The notes beneath the pieces were generated by a model. That model was not told the origin of the DNA. It did no database searches and worked only from the letters and a program-made list of their open reading frames with translations. This document shows, one piece after another, positions 1 through 10,072 of a DNA stretch of 17,119 bases. Within the stretch, counting starts at the first letter, position 1, and each line of letters begins with the position of its first letter. Origin of the DNA: Deinococcales bacterium (lineage in GTDB: Bacteria; Deinococcota; Deinococci; Deinococcales; JAAFIG01); assembly GCA_031414595.1 (NCBI GenBank), contig JANNVX010000099.1, positions 1-17,119 of the forward strand, read 5' to 3'. The translations under genes were made by a program, and so were the position numbers.

Positions 1-109
1 ATATCACTTGGCGACGAGTTTTTTCTTTGGCATCTTTGCACTGTTTGTAGTGTTTCTCGAGTTCTTCAGTCGTATGGTGGGCGGTTAGAGGTGTGCCTAA
101 TCTTGACAT
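1..109 (-). CDS. IS630-family transposase, N-terminal HTH region (partial, runs off the window start)
   Basis: Manual translation from ATG at 109: MSRLGTPLTAHHTTEELEKHYKQCKDAKEKTRRQVI... This resembles the 'H.s.EELe..Y+..kd..e+.r.qiIwl' N-terminus of IS630-type transposases. Too short for the ORF track. Confidence 0.6.
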   Translation of the reverse strand, partial: MSRLGTPLTAHHTTEELEKHYKQCKDAKEKTRRQVI

Positions 110-137
110 TCCTTATTATCTACCTAAAGTTGGTATA
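1..137 (-). mobile_element. Probable left end of an IS630-like insertion sequence
   Basis: TATA at 134-137 lies about 25 bp upstream of the transposase start (minus strand TATACCAACTTTAGG...). IS630 elements insert at and duplicate TA. The partner end is outside the window. Confidence 0.4.
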
Positions 138-183
138 AGACTCCAACAAAAACGTGTCCTGTATTGCCCTAATTTCTAATTCA

Positions 184-215
184 TGGACGAAAGCCTTTTA
201 TTAGGTTTTCGTCCA
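184..215. terminator. Stem-loop downstream of lutC, possible operon terminator
   Basis: TGGACGAAAGCCT-N6-AGGTTTTCGTCCA: 13-bp arms with one wobble/mismatch, about 90 bp after the lutC stop. No clear U-tract. Confidence 0.45.
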
Positions 216-302
216 CAAAACCTACCATTCAGCCCTACTCGAGCCGAGCGCGTCCAATCATCTCGAGCGCAGTTTCTTGTTTTGATCGCCAAACTATAAA
301 CC

Positions 303-932
303 CTACAAATCTGGCTCTAATTTCACCAACACAACCTCGAGAACCCTAGGACCATGCACCCCTTCTACCCGATTGAGTTCAATATCCGAGGTCGCGCTGG
401 GTCCTGAAATAAAAGTAATCGGTTGCCCAGCTTCAACACTCGAGTGCAGTCTCGAGATGGCGCTCGGTAAGTTATCCACAATATCACGCTCGAAAACCAC
501 ACAAATATGAATATCTGGAATCAAAGTCAAAGCCCGTCTGCCTTGGTGGGTGCTGTGATCAAGCACAATCGTACCAGTCTCGGCAATCGCCAGCCTTGAA
601 CCCGTCACCACCGCTTGGGCGTTCTCGAGTTCTCGTGGCTCGAGGTTTAAGTGGTCAATGATTTTCTCTACAGAGTTTGGCAACCAAGTCTCTGGGAGGT
701 CATGGGGTACAGCTATTTTTGTGATTTGTAAACGCTCAAGAATGTCTTTTATGGTCTTTTGAATGTCTTTAGTAATATGAACTCGAGCGCGATAATCCGA
801 AATGCGTTCCTCGAGTAAGTGTAGTACATCCTTTTCACCCGTCTTGAGTCGGTAATTTCGAGGAATAGTTGAGGTTTCTCGAGGTGTGCCAAGTGCGCTT
901 TTGATGGTACTGAGCATGGTTTCACGACTCAT
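303..932 (-). CDS. lutC: Lactate utilization protein C (LutC/YkgG/LldG, LUD domain)
   Basis: 209 aa with AIAETGTIVL, RALTLIPDIHI and FISGPSATSDIEL..VEGVHGP motifs. ATGA overlap with the lutB stop. Confidence 0.93.
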   Translation of the reverse strand: MSRETMLSTIKSALGTPRETSTIPRNYRLKTGEKDVLHLLEERISDYRARVHITKDIQKTIKDILERLQITKIAVPHDLPETWLPNSVEKIIDHLNLEPRELENAQAVVTGSRLAIAETGTIVLDHSTHQGRRALTLIPDIHICVVFERDIVDNLPSAISRLHSSVEAGQPITFISGPSATSDIELNRVEGVHGPRVLEVVLVKLEPDL

Positions 933-2353
933 GATTTACCTTTATTTTCACGCCACCAGCCTCTAAAGGCTTGTTGAGGAACACTCGGTAAGTCACGGCT
1001 GTTTGTCCAACCCGCTAATAAGCCCGGTAGACTCGAGATTTTATTATTTTTAGTCATTGGTATTTGTCCAACTCGAGCCGCTTTTTGGGCAAATTCATAG
1101 CGCTTAACATCCATAAACACCCATGCCATGCTTTTCAGGGCAGCCCCCTCGAGATTAAAGAATCCAGTTTTTCGTTCCACCACTTGTCCGCGCAAGTACA
1201 CCAGAATTTCTGGAATATTGATTTTGACAGGGCAGACTTCATAACATGCACCGCACAGACTCGAGGCAAACGGTAAACTCTGTGCATGGTCAGACTCGAG
1301 ACCAATCAGTTGTGGCGTAAGAATCGCCCCAATTGGACCGGGGTAAACACTGCCATACGCATGTCCGCCAGCCCGTTCATAGACGGGGCAGACATTCAAA
1401 CATGCCGAGCAGCGAATGCAGTGCAGTGCTTGCCGTCCGACTTCATCTGCTAGAACTTTGGTTCGTCCATTATCGAGCAGTACCAAATGAAATTCTTCTG
1501 GACCATCGCCCGTATGAACCCCTGTCCAAAGGCTGGTGTAGGGGTTCATCCGTTCGGCTGTGGATGACCTAGGAAGCAGTTGTAGCATCACCTCGAGGTC
1601 ACGCAGTTCTGGCAGGACTTTTTCAATCCCCATGATGCTGATTAAGACTTTGGGCAGGGTCAGGCACATGCGTCCGTTGCCTTCGGATTCGACCACACCA
1701 ACCGTTCCAGTCTCGGCGATGGCAAAATTTGCACCTGAAATTGCCACAGGCACAGTCAAAAACTTTTCTCTCAAGTATCGCCGTGCGACTTCGGCTAAAG
1801 CCCTTGGTTCATCGGTTAAGTCTTTTGGCTCGAGGTTAAAGGATTTTAAGAACAATTCCCGAATCTCAGCACGGTTTTTATGAATGGCTGGCACAAGAAT
1901 ATGGCTTGGGTGGTCATGAGCCAGTTGCACAATCAATTCGGCTAAATCGGTTTCAATTGCCGTAATGCCAGTCCCCTTCAGGGCATCGTTTAAGCCAATT
2001 TCATCGGTGGTGATGGATTTGATTTTGATGACTTCTTTGGCTTGGTGTGCTTTGACAATCCTCGAGACGATGTTGTTGGCTTCTAGCGCGTCGGTTGCCC
2101 AATGAATTTTTCCACCTGCTTTCTGTACACTCGCCTCGAGTTGCAGCAGAAGTTCTGGTAAACGCTGCATCGCGTTTTCTTTGATAGCTGCCCCAGCATC
2201 ACGAAGTTGTTGCCAATCGGGGAGTTCTGCCACCACCTTTAAGCGTTTTTCACGAATAGCAGTCGTGGCTTTACCAAGGTTACGGCGCAGTTGTGGATTC
2301 TCGAGGGCGATTTTAGCGGCTTCTTGGTAGGGTTTAGGATTAACAAAAGGCAC
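929..2353 (-). CDS. lutB: Lactate utilization iron-sulfur protein B (LutB/YkgF/LldF)
   Basis: ETDLAELIVQL..PSHILVPAIH motif and two 4Fe-4S motifs (CIRCSACLNVCP, SSLCGACYEVCP). Start reassigned to GTG at 2353, overlapping the lutA stop (TAGTG), giving 474 aa. Confidence 0.95.
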   Translation of the reverse strand: MPFVNPKPYQEAAKIALENPQLRRNLGKATTAIREKRLKVVAELPDWQQLRDAGAAIKENAMQRLPELLLQLEASVQKAGGKIHWATDALEANNIVSRIVKAHQAKEVIKIKSITTDEIGLNDALKGTGITAIETDLAELIVQLAHDHPSHILVPAIHKNRAEIRELFLKSFNLEPKDLTDEPRALAEVARRYLREKFLTVPVAISGANFAIAETGTVGVVESEGNGRMCLTLPKVLISIMGIEKVLPELRDLEVMLQLLPRSSTAERMNPYTSLWTGVHTGDGPEEFHLVLLDNGRTKVLADEVGRQALHCIRCSACLNVCPVYERAGGHAYGSVYPGPIGAILTPQLIGLESDHAQSLPFASSLCGACYEVCPVKINIPEILVYLRGQVVERKTGFFNLEGAALKSMAWVFMDVKRYEFAQKAARVGQIPMTKNNKISSLPGLLAGWTNSRDLPSVPQQAFRGWWRENKGKS

Positions 2354-3096
2354 TAAGCACCGCCTTCGGTCTGGGCAAGGATTTCGGCTAAATGCACGGT
2401 TCGTACACCAGTATTCATTTTTGATAAACCACCGTTTATTTGCATCAGACAAGAATTATCACCACCGGTACAAGTGTTGGCTTTGGTGTTGAGGATACAG
2501 CGCATTTTATCGGACAACATCGCGGTGCTGGTTTCAGGATTTTTGATGGCAAATGTTCCACCAAAACCACAACAGGATTCTGAATTCTCGAGCGGCATCA
2601 GTTCCAAACCACGGACGTTTTTGAGCAGTGTATAAGGTGCATCACCTAGGGCTAGGGTTCGCAAGCCATGACAAGAACTGTGATAGGTCACTCGGTGCGG
2701 ATAGTACGCCCCGACATCCTCGAGTTTAAGGACATTCACAATAAATTCGGATAACTCGAGGGTTTTACTGGCAATCACCTTGGCTCGAGACCCTAAAGCA
2801 GTGTCATGCGCCCATTCACAAACTTTAGTAAAGTATTCCCTGACCATTGCCACACATGAACCAGACGGCGAGACGATGTATTCAGTATCCTCTTTTTCAA
2901 ACACTTCAATAAAGCGCCGTACTATTTCTAGGGTCTCTGCTTGATAGCCAGAATTGAGGTGCATTTGTCCACAACAGGTTTGCTCGAGGGGGAATGATAT
3001 TTCACAGCCTAGTCGCTCGAGCAGCGCAACCGTAGCAATTCCAGTTTGCGGATAGAGCGTATCGTTTAAGCAAGTGATAAACAAAGAGATTTTCAT
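2353..3096 (-). CDS. lutA: Lactate utilization protein A, Fe-S oxidoreductase with CCG domains (LutA/YkgE/LldE)
   Basis: MKISLFITCL, QTCCGQ, SPSGSC, YHSSCH and CCGFGGTF motifs; 247 aa. Confidence 0.95.
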   Translation of the reverse strand: MKISLFITCLNDTLYPQTGIATVALLERLGCEISFPLEQTCCGQMHLNSGYQAETLEIVRRFIEVFEKEDTEYIVSPSGSCVAMVREYFTKVCEWAHDTALGSRAKVIASKTLELSEFIVNVLKLEDVGAYYPHRVTYHSSCHGLRTLALGDAPYTLLKNVRGLELMPLENSESCCGFGGTFAIKNPETSTAMLSDKMRCILNTKANTCTGGDNSCLMQINGGLSKMNTGVRTVHLAEILAQTEGGA

Positions 3097-4487
3097 TCGC
3101 GCCCCTGTGGTTCAAAAAAACTGAACGAATGTGTAGCTTGCATTAGCGACCTCCCAGTGCCTTGGGGAATGGATTTGGTTGCCTCGAGTTGAACCACCAG
3201 ATTACCACTCAGGGTGGCATCGGTCATACCCGCAATTACTGTTTTGCCTGTGGCATTGGCGGTCAGTTGATTCAGTAAACCAATTTGTGAGCCGCCCCCA
3301 ACAATAAAAATAGATTCGACAGGCGTACCACAAACCTGCTCGAGGTTTTGCAAAACAAGCGCATATTTGGTAGCTAAACTTTCTAAAATACAGCGCACCA
3401 ATTCGCCCCTCGAGTAAACACTCTTGCCCATTAAAGCACTGACTCGAGCAGGCATATCCAAACCAGGACTGAGAAAAATAGAATCGTCAACATCAATCCG
3501 AACTTCAAGGTTTAACGCTTCTGCTTCCGAATACAGCACTGACCAATCAGGATTATCCCAAGCACGACGGCATTCTTGGAGTATCCACAACCCCATGACG
3601 TTTTTCAGTAAACGATTGGTCTTGTAGACCCCTGCTTCGTTGGTGATATTCGCCTCGAGTGCGGCGCTGGTCAGCACGGCTTTCTTGGTCTCGAGTCCGA
3701 TTAAACTCCATGTGCCACTCGAGATATAAGCGCTGTGTTCGGTCAGTGGAATGGCTACTACAGCGCTGGCGGTGTCGTGTGTACCAACTGCAATCACTTC
3801 GGCTTGTTGTAAACCAAGTTCTTTGGCAAGGCTTGGGGTCAGTGTTCCAAGGTTTGTTCCAGCCTCTACAATCGGCGGCAGAAAATGACTGGGTAGCCCA
3901 AGTTTCTCGAGTAACCCAAGCGCCCAATTTCCAGTTGTGGCATCGTAAAACTGGGTGGTGCTGGCATTGGTGCGCTCACAGACTTTTTTTCCAGTCAACC
4001 AAAAATGCAGTAAGTCTGGTACAAGTAGCAGGGTTTTGGCTCGCTCGAGATGAGCTTCAGGAGTAACAAGCAACTGATACAAGGTATTAAACGGTAAGAA
4101 TTGCAAACCAGTTACTGCAAAAATTTCTTCTTTTGACAAGGCTACAGAATCCATCACCCCATTGGTTCGGGTGTCTCGGTAGCAATGCACACCATCTATT
4201 AAAGCATCAAATTCGTCCAGCAGTGCGTAATCTACTGCCCAAGAATCCACCCCGATGCTCAAAACCATGCCGCCCAGTGCTTCGGCTCGAGCCACTGCTA
4301 GGCTTAACCCAGTGCAAATTTCACGCCATAGGGCAATCACATCCCAGTAGAGAGCCGTACCAATCGGTGTACCACCATTCCAAAAACGGTGCAGTACCTC
4401 AACCTCGAGCTTATTGTTCTCGAGCCAACCCAGTGCCACACGCCCACCAGATGCGCCAAGGTCAATCGCAATATGAAAAGATTTCAC
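3093..4487 (-). CDS. rhaB: Rhamnulokinase (FGGY family)
   Basis: IAIDLGASGGRV, GVDSWAVDY, HDTASAV, YISSGTWSLIG and RLLKNVMGLWILQEC motifs. Start reassigned to GTG at 4487 (GTGA overlap with the upstream stop), giving 464 aa. Confidence 0.93.
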   Translation of the reverse strand: MKSFHIAIDLGASGGRVALGWLENNKLEVEVLHRFWNGGTPIGTALYWDVIALWREICTGLSLAVARAEALGGMVLSIGVDSWAVDYALLDEFDALIDGVHCYRDTRTNGVMDSVALSKEEIFAVTGLQFLPFNTLYQLLVTPEAHLERAKTLLLVPDLLHFWLTGKKVCERTNASTTQFYDATTGNWALGLLEKLGLPSHFLPPIVEAGTNLGTLTPSLAKELGLQQAEVIAVGTHDTASAVVAIPLTEHSAYISSGTWSLIGLETKKAVLTSAALEANITNEAGVYKTNRLLKNVMGLWILQECRRAWDNPDWSVLYSEAEALNLEVRIDVDDSIFLSPGLDMPARVSALMGKSVYSRGELVRCILESLATKYALVLQNLEQVCGTPVESIFIVGGGSQIGLLNQLTANATGKTVIAGMTDATLSGNLVVQLEATKSIPQGTGRSLMQATHSFSFFEPQGRE

Positions 4488-6559
4488 CGCGTGAACGCCC
4501 CAGCGTTCCCTGCATCCACATTGAGGATATTGCCTGTGCTTTTGCCAGAATGCGTTTCGGAAGAAAAAAAGTAAATCGCTTCGGCAATATCTTCGGGAAA
4601 GACATTTCGTTTCAGCATACTGCGGTTGCGGTACAGTTCCTCGAGGTCGGTTTCTTCGATTTTGTAGGCGGCAGCGCGTTGGGCTTTCCATTCACCACTC
4701 CAGATTTTACTGCCACGCAGCACCGCATCTGGATTAACGGAATTGACCCGCACACCATCACTGGCAAGTTCCAAGGCAAGACATCTGGCAAGGTGCAATT
4801 CGGCGGCTTTGGCGGTGCAGTACGCACTGGCGTTAGGACTGGCGACCAAGGCATTTTTACTGGCAACAAAGATGATACTTCCACCCAGTTTTTGTTGTTT
4901 AAGTAATTTTGTGGCTTCTCTCGAGATTAAAAAATAGCCCGTGGTCAGCACCGAAATGTTTTTATTCCACATCTCTAAACTGGTTTCTTCAATTGGCGCA
5001 CTCGAGGCGATTCCAGCATTTGAAACCAGAATATCTAAGCCGCCGTACTCGAGAGCAGCAAAAGCAATACTATTGGCGACTTCGGATTCTACTATCATGT
5101 TGGCTTGGACACCGCGCACCACATCCGTTCCGAATTGTTGACCAAGTTCTTGTACTGCCGCCTCGAGGCTGCTCTGGTCAATGTCTGCCAGCACCACACA
5201 TGCACCTTCGGACAGTAAACGAATGGCAGTAGCACGTCCGATTCCACCCGCGCCCCCCGTCACTAAGGCAATTTTACCCGCCAGCGTTTTTGGCTTAGGC
5301 ATCCGTTGTAGTTTGGCTTCCTCGAGCAACCAGTATTCAATATCAAAAGCCTCTTGTTCGGGTAGCCCGACATAATTGCTAACCCGTTCAGCTTCACGCA
5401 TGACGTTAATGGCGTTCTGGTAATACTCGGATGCAATTCTTGCGGTGGCTTTATTGGCGGCAAAAGTCAGCATCCCGACACCAGGAATCAAGTAGACGAC
5501 TGCGTTGGGGTCACGCATTTTTGGCGAGTTCGGGCGTTTACAACGTTCAAAATAAGCACTGTAAAAGGCTCGGTAATGCTCGAGTTGTGCCTCTAAACCT
5601 GGTAAAAACACATCAGGATTAAACTGGTCAAATTCGAGGACAAGCGGCGCGATTTTAGTCCGCAAAAAATGGTCTGGGCAACTTGTACCAAGGGTAGCCA
5701 GACGCTCTAAATCAGTGCTACAAACAAACTCGAGAATGGCTGGGTCATCGCAGAAATGCCCAATTTTAGATTCTAAACTCGAGATTTTCCCACGAAGAAT
5801 CGGCAATAATCTGGTCACAAGCTCAAAACGGGATTCTTGAGGCAAAGCCGTTATTTTTGCACCACCAAAGGCTGGTTTGTCGTGCGTCTCGAGCCAAGTG
5901 CTGCACTGATTGATAATCTCGAGGGTGATTTGATAACAGTCTTTGGCGATGTCCGCCCAAGTGAACAACCCATGTCCACCCAGAATTAACCCGACTAAAT
6001 TTTTGTCTTGTGCGGCTGCCTCGAGTTTTAGCCCTAAATCGTAGCCGGGTCGTTGCCACGGTAGCCAACCGATTTTTCCTGCAAAAATTTCTTGGGTTAG
6101 GCGCTGACCGTCTTTACTGGCGGCTATCGCAATAATCGCATCAGAATGCACATGGTCTACGTGTTTGTACGGCACATAAGCATGAAGCGGCGTGTCTATG
6201 CTGGCGGCTCGAGGATTTAGGTTGAAGGTGCAGTGCGGTAAAAAAGCCACCATTTCGTCTTCAAATTCTAAACCCCGATAACGGTTTTTTAGTGCCTCGA
6301 GCTTGGACATGTAGAGCGTACTAAAGCCGTCTAAGCCAAGGCTGCCGAGGTCGCCGCCACTGCCTTTGACCCACAACACTTCGACTGTTTCGCTGCTTAG
6401 AGGGTCAGTCTCGAGAACCTTGGCGCTGGTGTTGCCACCGCCATAATTGGTGATGCGTTTGTCCGAACCCAGTAAATTCGAGCGGTAACGCAAAAGTTCA
6501 GACTCGCTTAGGCTCGCGGCAGTTTGGTCGTTCCATAAATTGGGCAATTGATTTGTCAT
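4484..6559 (-). CDS. rhaD: Bifunctional rhamnulose-1-phosphate aldolase / short-chain (lactaldehyde) dehydrogenase (RhaEW type)
   Basis: N-terminal class II aldolase (GGGNTSAK, VKGSGGDL, SIDTPLH, HVDHVH, GTSCPDHFLRTK) fused to an SDR domain (VTGGAGGIG, SNAG, YCTAK). RBS AAGGA upstream. Confidence 0.94.
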   Translation of the reverse strand: MTNQLPNLWNDQTAASLSESELLRYRSNLLGSDKRITNYGGGNTSAKVLETDPLSSETVEVLWVKGSGGDLGSLGLDGFSTLYMSKLEALKNRYRGLEFEDEMVAFLPHCTFNLNPRAASIDTPLHAYVPYKHVDHVHSDAIIAIAASKDGQRLTQEIFAGKIGWLPWQRPGYDLGLKLEAAAQDKNLVGLILGGHGLFTWADIAKDCYQITLEIINQCSTWLETHDKPAFGGAKITALPQESRFELVTRLLPILRGKISSLESKIGHFCDDPAILEFVCSTDLERLATLGTSCPDHFLRTKIAPLVLEFDQFNPDVFLPGLEAQLEHYRAFYSAYFERCKRPNSPKMRDPNAVVYLIPGVGMLTFAANKATARIASEYYQNAINVMREAERVSNYVGLPEQEAFDIEYWLLEEAKLQRMPKPKTLAGKIALVTGGAGGIGRATAIRLLSEGACVVLADIDQSSLEAAVQELGQQFGTDVVRGVQANMIVESEVANSIAFAALEYGGLDILVSNAGIASSAPIEETSLEMWNKNISVLTTGYFLISREATKLLKQQKLGGSIIFVASKNALVASPNASAYCTAKAAELHLARCLALELASDGVRVNSVNPDAVLRGSKIWSGEWKAQRAAAYKIEETDLEELYRNRSMLKRNVFPEDIAEAIYFFSSETHSGKSTGNILNVDAGNAGAFTR

Positions 6560-6584
6560 GTTTGTTCCTTATATACGCTAAAAA

Positions 6585-7769
6585 TTAAGTTGGAAACCCG
6601 CCACCACCGACAGTTGTGCCTCGAGCCAAACTGACTTGCTCGAGATACCCAGATTGACGGTGGGCTTTAATCGGGTCGGTGGCTAGACCCATCTCGGTTC
6701 GCACCGTCTCGAGCAGAGGGCGGACATCGCATTTGAAGCCATCCATCAGGGTTCGGTGCGCCTCGAGAACATCCCCAGCCTCCTGAGCGGCTTGTAGGCG
6801 CTCGAAGTCTATATGCAGGGCTTTGGCATAGGCTTCTTGACAGTTCAAGACACTTTGCAGCATCGCCTCGAGTTTGGGTTCGATGTTGTGGCTTTGGTCA
6901 ATCATGTACGCCACAGCTTTGGTGTGATTTTTGAGTTGTGGGTCGCTCGAGCGCTCGGCACTGACCAATTCGGCGTAAATACAAAATAACTCGAGCGGAT
7001 TGGTTGTACCAACAATCAGGTCATCATCGGCATAACGCCGTGCATTAAAGTGAAACCCGCCAAGTTTGCCTTCATCCAGTAAAAATGCCACGATTGCTTC
7101 GATGTTGACGGCTTGGGCATGATGCCCCAAATCCACCAGCACTTGGGCTTTATCACCAAGGGCTTGGCAGTGGTTCAGTGCCACACCCCAGTCGTTCAAA
7201 TCAGTAAAGTAAAAAGCTGGTTCAAAGAACTTGTACTCCAAGAGCATCCTCGAGTTTTCTGGTAGCGCTTCGTAGACTTGCTCTAAACTGTGTCTTACCC
7301 GGCGTTTACGCGCCCTAAAATCATCTTGTCCAACATAATTTGTGCCATCAGCAAACCACAGGCTTAAATCTTTTGAACCCGTGATTTTCATGATTTCAAT
7401 GCACTCGAGCATGTGGGCTACAGCTTTTTGGCGCACGCCAGCATCTGGATGAGCTATCGAACCAAGTTTGTACTGTTCGTCCTGAAAGAGATTTGGGTTG
7501 ATTGCACCAATCTGAATCTGGTGTTTTTGGGCATAACTCGAGAGTGCCAACCAATCATCGGGTTTGTCCCACGGGATATGCAATGCCACACTTGGAGCAA
7601 TCCCAGTCAGGCGGTGAACTTCGGCGGCATCTTCGAGCTTTTCCCAGACGGTACGGGCTGCGCCCAGTGCAGGGAAAGTTTTGAAGCGCGTGCCAGAATT
7701 TCCGTAGCCCCAACTTGGTGTTTCGATACGCTGGTTTTTGAGTGCCGCAACAATTGAATCTTGATTCAT
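6585..7769 (-). CDS. rhaI: L-rhamnose isomerase (xylose-isomerase-like RhaI type)
   Basis: [51 protein letters not shown] and YMIDQSH motifs. RBS AAGGAG upstream. Confidence 0.95.
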   Translation of the reverse strand: MNQDSIVAALKNQRIETPSWGYGNSGTRFKTFPALGAARTVWEKLEDAAEVHRLTGIAPSVALHIPWDKPDDWLALSSYAQKHQIQIGAINPNLFQDEQYKLGSIAHPDAGVRQKAVAHMLECIEIMKITGSKDLSLWFADGTNYVGQDDFRARKRRVRHSLEQVYEALPENSRMLLEYKFFEPAFYFTDLNDWGVALNHCQALGDKAQVLVDLGHHAQAVNIEAIVAFLLDEGKLGGFHFNARRYADDDLIVGTTNPLELFCIYAELVSAERSSDPQLKNHTKAVAYMIDQSHNIEPKLEAMLQSVLNCQEAYAKALHIDFERLQAAQEAGDVLEAHRTLMDGFKCDVRPLLETVRTEMGLATDPIKAHRQSGYLEQVSLARGTTVGGGGFPT

Positions 7770-7778
7770 GGTGTCTCC

Positions 7779-8558
7779 TTATTCAGGGGCAATCAGTAAC
7801 TTGACCCTAGCTTTTTTCAGGGCTGTACGAATGCTGCTGTTTGGTGGCTGTTCGGTGATAATCGTGTCCACGGCGTTCAAAGCAAGAATTTGATTGGCGG
7901 CTCGAGAACCAAATTTAGAGCTGTCTAACAGTGCAATTTTTTGCGCCGAGGCTTGTATCAAAAGCTCTTTGGCTTCGACTTCGGGTAAGTGCGCGTCGGT
8001 GAAACCATGCTCTGGGGTAAAACCCTTGCTCGAGAAAAACACTTTGTCGGGGTGAAAGCGTTTTAAGCCAGCACTGAAAACACTACCCACAAAACTTCTG
8101 GCAGGTGAATGGTATACGCCACCCATCAAGGTAAACGCCACGCCACTCGCGGCAAGGATATTAGCAGCATCGAGTCCAGTGATAATCGCTTGGACTTTGC
8201 GAACCGCCAAAATTCGCACCAAGGCAAGGGCGGTGGTACTCGAGTCTAGGGCGATGGTATCGCCATCTTCAATCAGTTCTAAAGCCGCCCTGGCAATGCG
8301 TTGTTTCTCCAAGGTACGCTGAGCGGCACGCAAGCTGTAAGCCACTTCTTGGCTGGCAGACTGAATAATTCTTGCCCCGCCATGCACTCGCTCGAGCAGT
8401 CCTTGTTGCTCGAGGTAATCCATATCTCGGCGCACCGTCATTTCGTGAACACCAAATTCAAGGGCTAAGGCTTTGGTGCGGGCAACACCGTACTTAATAG
8501 CGGTCTCGAGGATTTGCTGATGTCGCCCCAGCGAGACAACATCAAAGTTTTCGGTCAT
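7779..8558 (-). CDS. DeoR/GlpR-family transcriptional regulator, probable repressor of the rhamnose operon
   Basis: HTH 'LALEFGVHEMTVRRDMDYLEQQGLLERVHGGA' and sensor-domain motifs ALDSSTT and LLDSSKFG. ATG at 8558 chosen because a -10 box lies 7 nt upstream. Confidence 0.92.
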   Translation of the reverse strand: MTENFDVVSLGRHQQILETAIKYGVARTKALALEFGVHEMTVRRDMDYLEQQGLLERVHGGARIIQSASQEVAYSLRAAQRTLEKQRIARAALELIEDGDTIALDSSTTALALVRILAVRKVQAIITGLDAANILAASGVAFTLMGGVYHSPARSFVGSVFSAGLKRFHPDKVFFSSKGFTPEHGFTDAHLPEVEAKELLIQASAQKIALLDSSKFGSRAANQILALNAVDTIITEQPPNSSIRTALKKARVKLLIAPE

Positions 8559-8565
8559 GGTCGTA

Positions 8566-8605
8566 ATTCTAACATGAAACAAACATAAAAAGTCAAACTT
8601 ATGTT
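8566..8605 (-). promoter_or_regulatory. Operon promoter with candidate DeoR operator
   Basis: Minus strand: TTGACT (8591-8596), a long 19-nt spacer, then TG-n-TAGAAT (8566-8571). Inverted repeat AACATAA-N10-TTATGTT (8582-8605) straddles the -35 box. Confidence 0.55.
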
Positions 8606-8657
8606 ACCTCTGGTATTCATGCCAGAACTTCGTGTCTCGAGTAAATGGATGAAAGCA

Positions 8658-10016
8658 CTATTCTTCGGTGCGGATATAGACGGTTTTTTCTTCGCTGTAC
8701 GCCTCGAGTGCTTTGGGTCCAAGTTCTCGTCCGTAACCACTTTGCTTAAAGCCGCCAAATGGGGTGGTGTAGCGGACACTCGAGTTGGAGTTAATACTTA
8801 AAACTCCAGAGTCTATCGCCCTTGCCATTCGCAGCGCCTGAGCGTTATCCCGAGTCCAAATGCTGCCGCTTAATCCATAAATGGTGTTATTGGCAAGTTC
8901 TATAGCCTCTGATTCGCTCGAGAATGTCAGTACGGCAGTCACAGGACCAAAAATTTCTTCCTGCATCACGCGGTCTGTCACGTATTCTGGCTCGAGTACC
9001 CGAGGGGCAAACCAAAAACCCGCGCCACTTGGAGCGCTGCCTAAAATGCTAACCTTGGCATTTTCGATGATGCTTTCGACTCGAGCGCGGTGCTGTGCCG
9101 AGATTAACGGACCCATATCCACATCACTGCTTGGGTCGCCAACACGGTAATTTTTAACATGTGGCTCGAGGGCATTCATAAAATCATCAAGCACATTTTT
9201 ATGCACCAACAATCTCGAGCGGGCGCAGCAGTCCTGTCCAGAATTCTCAAAAACACTGCTCGGCACGGCAGCCGCCGCCGCCACAATATCGGCATCATCC
9301 ATGATGATACTGGCGCTTTTTCCACCAAGCTCGAGGGTTACGCGCTTAATATGTTGGGCGGCTCTGGCAGCAATATCCTTACCGACGGCAGTGCTGCCCG
9401 TAAAGGCAATTTTTGCCACATCTGGATGGTCAACCAAAGCCCTTCCAGCCTCGAGTCCAGTGCCAACCACGACATTCAGCACACCTTCGGGCAGTCCCGC
9501 CTCGAGTACAATTTTCTCGAGTTCCATGGCAGTCAGGGGGGTGAGTTCGGCAGGTTTTAAGACACAAGTATTGCCCGCAGCAAGGGCTGGTGCGAGTTTC
9601 CAAGAGGCAATATAAAGCGGAAAATTCCAAGGGGTGATTAAACCGACCACCCCTAGCGGCTCGAGAAAAGTCATGGCAATTCCGCCCGCCACGGGAATGG
9701 TTGCGCCCATGTGCCGTTCTACCGCCCCGGCATAGTACCTGAAGACATTGGCTACTGCGCCAATTTCCCATTTGGCATTACCGATGGGTTTACCACCATT
9801 TTTTGACTCGAGCAGTGCTAATTTTTCTAAATTGGCTTCGATGTGATTGGCAATGCTGTATAAAATTTTGGCACGCTCATTAGGAGCAGTTTTGCGCCAA
9901 GCTGGGAAAGCACGTTTGGCACGTTGCACTGCCTTGTTGACCTCGCTCGCAGTGGCGGCTGGAATTTCGGCAAGAATTTTTTCGGTGGCTGGCTCGAGAA
10001 CTTGGATTGTGGTCAT
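8658..10016 (-). CDS. Aldehyde dehydrogenase family protein
   Basis: ITPWNFP, LKPAE, FTGSTAVG, LELGGKS, GQDCCA (catalytic Cys), EEIFGP and PFGGFKQSG motifs; 452 aa. Substrate cannot be determined from sequence. Confidence 0.93.
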   Translation of the reverse strand: MTTIQVLEPATEKILAEIPAATASEVNKAVQRAKRAFPAWRKTAPNERAKILYSIANHIEANLEKLALLESKNGGKPIGNAKWEIGAVANVFRYYAGAVERHMGATIPVAGGIAMTFLEPLGVVGLITPWNFPLYIASWKLAPALAAGNTCVLKPAELTPLTAMELEKIVLEAGLPEGVLNVVVGTGLEAGRALVDHPDVAKIAFTGSTAVGKDIAARAAQHIKRVTLELGGKSASIIMDDADIVAAAAAVPSSVFENSGQDCCARSRLLVHKNVLDDFMNALEPHVKNYRVGDPSSDVDMGPLISAQHRARVESIIENAKVSILGSAPSGAGFWFAPRVLEPEYVTDRVMQEEIFGPVTAVLTFSSESEAIELANNTIYGLSGSIWTRDNAQALRMARAIDSGVLSINSNSSVRYTTPFGGFKQSGYGRELGPKALEAYSEEKTVYIRTEE

Positions 10017-10072
10017 AGAAGGTATTCTGACATAGAGTTAAGTGCCAAAACCAACAGGTATGATAAAAGCAC

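Noticed and set aside
2354-2452. N-terminal extension of lutB in the ORF track
   Set aside because: It overlaps the lutA coding sequence. GTG at 2353 is coupled to the lutA stop and gives a normal length.
4488-4691. N-terminal extension of rhaB
   Set aside because: It lies inside the rhaD gene. The kinase motif begins right after GTG 4487.
8658-10016. ALDH as the lactaldehyde dehydrogenase of the rhamnose pathway
   Set aside because: The fusion enzyme already supplies that step, a separate promoter precedes DeoR, and the substrate cannot be read from the sequence.
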